From Hyaloraphidium curvatum SAG 235-1 (taxonomy: Eukaryota; Fungi; Monoblepharomycota), in contig JAIVFI010000047.1 in assembly GCA_025558095.1 (NCBI GenBank), positions 1 through 64,000 on the forward strand: a stretch of DNA of 64,000 bases, given 5' to 3'. The notes beneath the pieces are model-generated. The model did not search any database. It saw only the letters and a program-made list of their open reading frames with translations, and had not been told where the DNA came from. The position numbers were made by a program, and so were the translations under genes. Positions 60,356 through 64,000 of the stretch are shown here, one piece after another. Numbering within the stretch: the stretch's first letter is position 1; each line of letters starts with the position of its first letter.

Positions 60356-62448
60356 CTAGTGCGTGAACAACCGCGTGCTGGTAAAGACGAGAACCATGCC
60401 GTTGTCGTTTGCGGCATCAATGACGACCTGGTCGTTGACCGAGCCGCTCGGTGCCGCGACATAGTCCACGCCGGACATCTTTGCCCGTTGGATATTGTCC
60501 GAGAAGGGGAAGAAGGCGTCCGAGGAAACAACCACGCCCGAGAGTTTCTTCTTCCACTCCTTCTTCTCCTCGGCCGTCAGCAGATCGGGCACCGAGGCCG
60601 GGTTGAACAGCGCCTGCCACGCGGCGAGATCCGTGATCTGGTCCGTGACGTAGAGATCGATGGCGTTGGCACGGTCCGGCCTCTTGACTTCCTTCTTGAA
60701 ATCAAAGGCCAGGACCTTCGGGTGGTGCCGAAGCCACCAGTTATCGGCCTTGTCGCCGGCCAGACGGGTGCCTGAATGAACGAATGGTCAAAGCTTGAAA
60801 AAGAATGCAAGCCGCGACCGCTCACAGTGAATGCGGCTCTGCTGCCCGGCGCCCAATCCGATCGTTTGGCCGTTCTTGGCGTAGCAGACCGAGTTGCTCT
60901 GCGTGTACTTGAGAGCGATCGTAGCCACGATGAGATCACGTAGAGCGTCCTCTGGGATCTCTTTCTTGGCCGAAACAACGTTGGTGAAGAAGCTCTTCCC
61001 GATCTCGAGGTCGTTGCGACCCTGCTCCAGGTACATTCCGTAGACCTGGCGGACCTCCCTCTTTTCCGGGACGTACGACGGGTCCATCTCCAAAACGGTG
61101 TACTTTCCGCCCTTCTTCTTCTTCAAAATCTCGAGCGCCGCCGGTTCGTATCCAGGAGCAATGATACCGTCCGAGACCTCGCGGGAGATGATCCTTGCGG
61201 TAACGACGTCGCACTTGTCGGAAAGCGCGATCCAGTCGCCGAAGGAGCTCATGCGGTCCGCACCCCTGGCGCGAGCGTAGGCGTTGGCGAGCGGGGTGAG
61301 CTCCGCGGCGAGATCCTCCACAGCATAGACGTCCAGCTCCTCCTTCGAGAGCGGGACACCAACGGCGGCGCCGGCGGGAGAAACGTGCTTGAACGAGGCA
61401 GCAGCGGGCAGGCCGATCGCGGCCTTCAGCTCCTGCACCAACGGGTACGAGTTGAAGGCATCAAGGAGGTTGATGTAGCCTGGGGAGCCGGCGAGCACTG
61501 AAGAAAGGTGTGAATTGGGGGGACAAATGAAAGGAATCGACGAGCTCACCTTTGAAGGGCAGCTTTCCGTGCTTAACGTACACGCTGGCGGGCTTCTGAT
61601 GCGGGTTGATGCCGTAGCGGAGCGGCTGGAACTGCTCTCCTGCCGCGTACTGGCCCCTGAAGTACCCGCTAATGGCCGTGTCGTAGTCTGAAGTCTGAGT
61701 GAACGCTTTCAGGGCAAGGGTCTTCCTCGTGGCCTCCGAGATGGTCTTGTTCGCCTTCAGCTCGGTGAGGAAGCTGGCGTAGTCCGCGGGGTCCGACAGA
61801 ATTGTGACACGAGCGTGGTTCTTGGCAGCGGCACGGAGAAGCGTGACGCCGCCTACGGAAAGCTAAGTCGGGAGGAAGAAACAGCGCTTGACAAGGAACC
61901 AACCGATATCAATCTCCTCGACCGCCTCCGGGATGGTGACACCCTCCTTTGCCACGGTCTTTTCGAACGGGTAAAGGTTGCAGACCACGTAATCGATCTT
62001 ATTGTAGCCACGGGCCGCCATGTCGGCGTTGTCAGAGGGAATGTCGCGAGCGAGAATTCCTGGTGACCGCAAAGAATTCCAATCAAACACATGGAATGTT
62101 TCCTTCAGTAATCCATCAACGTACCGCCGTGGACAGCGGGGTGGAGGGTCTTGACACGGCCTCCCAGCATCTCCGGCGCCTGGGTGATGTCGGCGACATC
62201 GCTGACCTCCAATCCCGCGTCCCGGATGGCTTTCGCGGTCCCTCCAGAAGCAATGAGCCGCACACCGCACTCGGACAGGCCCTTGGCCAGGTCCAAGAGG
62301 CCGGTTTTGTCCGAAACGGACAGGAGCGCTGCGGTCCCATTAGTTCCCACGCGAGTCCCGGAATCGCGGCGCGGAGACCAGTCAGACGCTGAAAAAATAG
62401 AATTCTTGCCGAGAGCGTCGTACCGTAGGATCCCTGCTGCGAAGCCAT
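60356..62448 (-). CDS. ADE17: Bifunctional AICAR transformylase / IMP cyclohydrolase (fungal Ade16/Ade17 type)
   Basis: [59 protein letters not shown]; first intron 62423-62329. Confidence 0.96.
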
Positions 62449-62581
62449 TTCGTGGGAGCGCGGGGATTGCCGTGTTTTTGTTTTGGTTCTGCGGCCGCGT
62501 CGTGCGTTCCAGCAGTGACTTGGCCGAGCCTCGAAGCATTCGCACCACCCCGCGGAGCCCTACTTCGGCGCGCGTTGCTCC

Positions 62582-64000
62582 ATGGCGGCCGGTGTTCCGC
62601 CCTCGCCGGCGATCGAAGCCGGCGCCGGCCAGCCCTCCGTGAGGGGCCTGGGCATCTCCTTTTCGCCGCCGGGTTCGGAACCGTCGCAAGACGAGATCGA
62701 AGACTCCGTCGGCCGCCAGCCCGCGGCACCAGCGCGCACCTCGAAAGCAAATGCTCCCTCGCAAGGGAGCGGCGCGGCCAAGAGGAGAGCGGCCCGTTCG
62801 CGCCTGACCTTCGACGACGCTGACGGGGACGATCGCTCGCCGCAGGTGCGCGTCCAGCGCGCTCTGCCGCCGGAGCACGAGGACTGGCGATTGACGCGTC
62901 TTATGCAGAGCAAAGGACTGGTCGCGCGGGCCAGGCAAGGGGCAGGCGGGGACGATCGTTCGCCGAGCCCCGGCCCGAGTCACGTAGCGATCAAACCGCT
63001 GGACCCGCTGGATTTCGAGGCATTCTCGGCGTTCGATCTCCGCATCCGGGAGGACGGGAACAATGCCTATGCCGTTGAAGGAGACGAGGATGCCGCGGAA
63101 GCGGACAGAGGACGCGGCGGACCCGGGATCCGTGGCAGGAAGCGCACCGTTGCGAGCAAGAAGGCCCGCTTCGCCCCTCCAAGTCAAAACATGTACATCG
63201 ACCCGTCGGCCTCGGTGGTGACCTCTTCGGCCGCTCAAATCCGTGACGATGCGAGCCAGGCGTCGTCGGAGAACATCGCGGAGCAGGAGGACGTGCGGGA
63301 GGACGACGCGGTGAGATTCCTCGAAGCTGCAATTGCACGCCCGCTCAATGAGCGACTTTAGGTGGTACTGTGCCTTTTGCATCGCAAGAAAAGGCTGGGG
63401 GCAGCTGCTTTCTTTCCTGCGACACGTATTCTCTACCTCATGCAGGAATGCGAGGAGACGGACAAGTTCGCCGTTGCCCACCAAGGTCATAACCCCCAGG
63501 AGCCGCCCTTCTTGATGGTCTTTTTGATAAGTTCCTCCCATGCAGTGATCTTGCAGCTCCGACCTGCCCGCATCATCACCTCGTCCCGCTCGGACGAGTC
63601 TTTCCTGGACTTTCTCAAGAACATCGAAGGCAACCGCGCCTTCATCGACGTCAGGCCCAGCACCGAGTTCTCCTTCCCCAACTCGCTCAACCGCCTCCTC
63701 ACCGTCCGCATCCTCGGCAACGGGTTCGACGTGCCCTCGTTCGAGGACCGAAAGGAGGCCGAGACGTGGCTGTCTGGCCGGATCGACCTCAGCACGCGAA
63801 ACGGCGAAACAGTGACGGCCGCGGGCGCGCTGCTGGCGTACCTGCAGCGGTCTCTGGTGGCGGGCGACGCCCCGCAGCAGAAGACCAAGAAGAGGGGGAG
63901 AAAGCAGCTCGAGGAGGACGAGGACGACGAGGGGCCGTCGGTGCCCGAGGTGGAGCTCGAGGGGGTCGAGGAGATGGCGCTGGAGGCGCACCTGCAGATC
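62582..64000 (+). CDS. MSH5: MutS homolog, probably Msh5 (3'-partial)
   Basis: [47 protein letters not shown] resemble the Msh5 N-terminal region; ATPase domain outside window. Confidence 0.7.

Noticed and set aside
1-64000. tRNA/rRNA/snRNA genes
   Set aside because: None recognised by eye; tRNAscan-SE/Infernal would be needed to exclude them.

Overview
GC-rich, gene-dense eukaryotic DNA with short (~50-95 nt) GT-AG introns and fungal-type genes (fused LEU1, LEU2, TUP1, ADE16/17-type purH, THI80, ATG3, MSH5). A zoosporic (chytrid/monoblepharid-like) fungus is my inference only. Most ORFs in the supplied track are shadow frames of GC-rich coding DNA. Bases 1-~3790 are the 3' part of a Ty3/Gypsy chromovirus LTR retrotransposon with an unusual ~2.8 kb accessory region between pol and the putative 3' LTR. 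That region holds a 3-exon spliced ANTISENSE gene ending in a C2H2-type zinc finger and an intronless sense coiled-coil ORF. The two are arranged divergently around an 11-bp GACTCGCGAGT tandem array plus TATA box, a module that recurs in the putative LTR. This is the best candidate for an undescribed system. The remaining ~60 kb carries about 30 host genes. Notable among them are a LEU2-unknown-LEU1 cluster, several bacterial-looking enzymes, a decaying island at 34-36.5 kb, a duplicated WD40 3' end flanking a frameshifted SnoaL-like gene, and a recurrent oriented GTCA(G/A)TCA upstream motif. All gene models and family calls were made by eye; nothing was searched.
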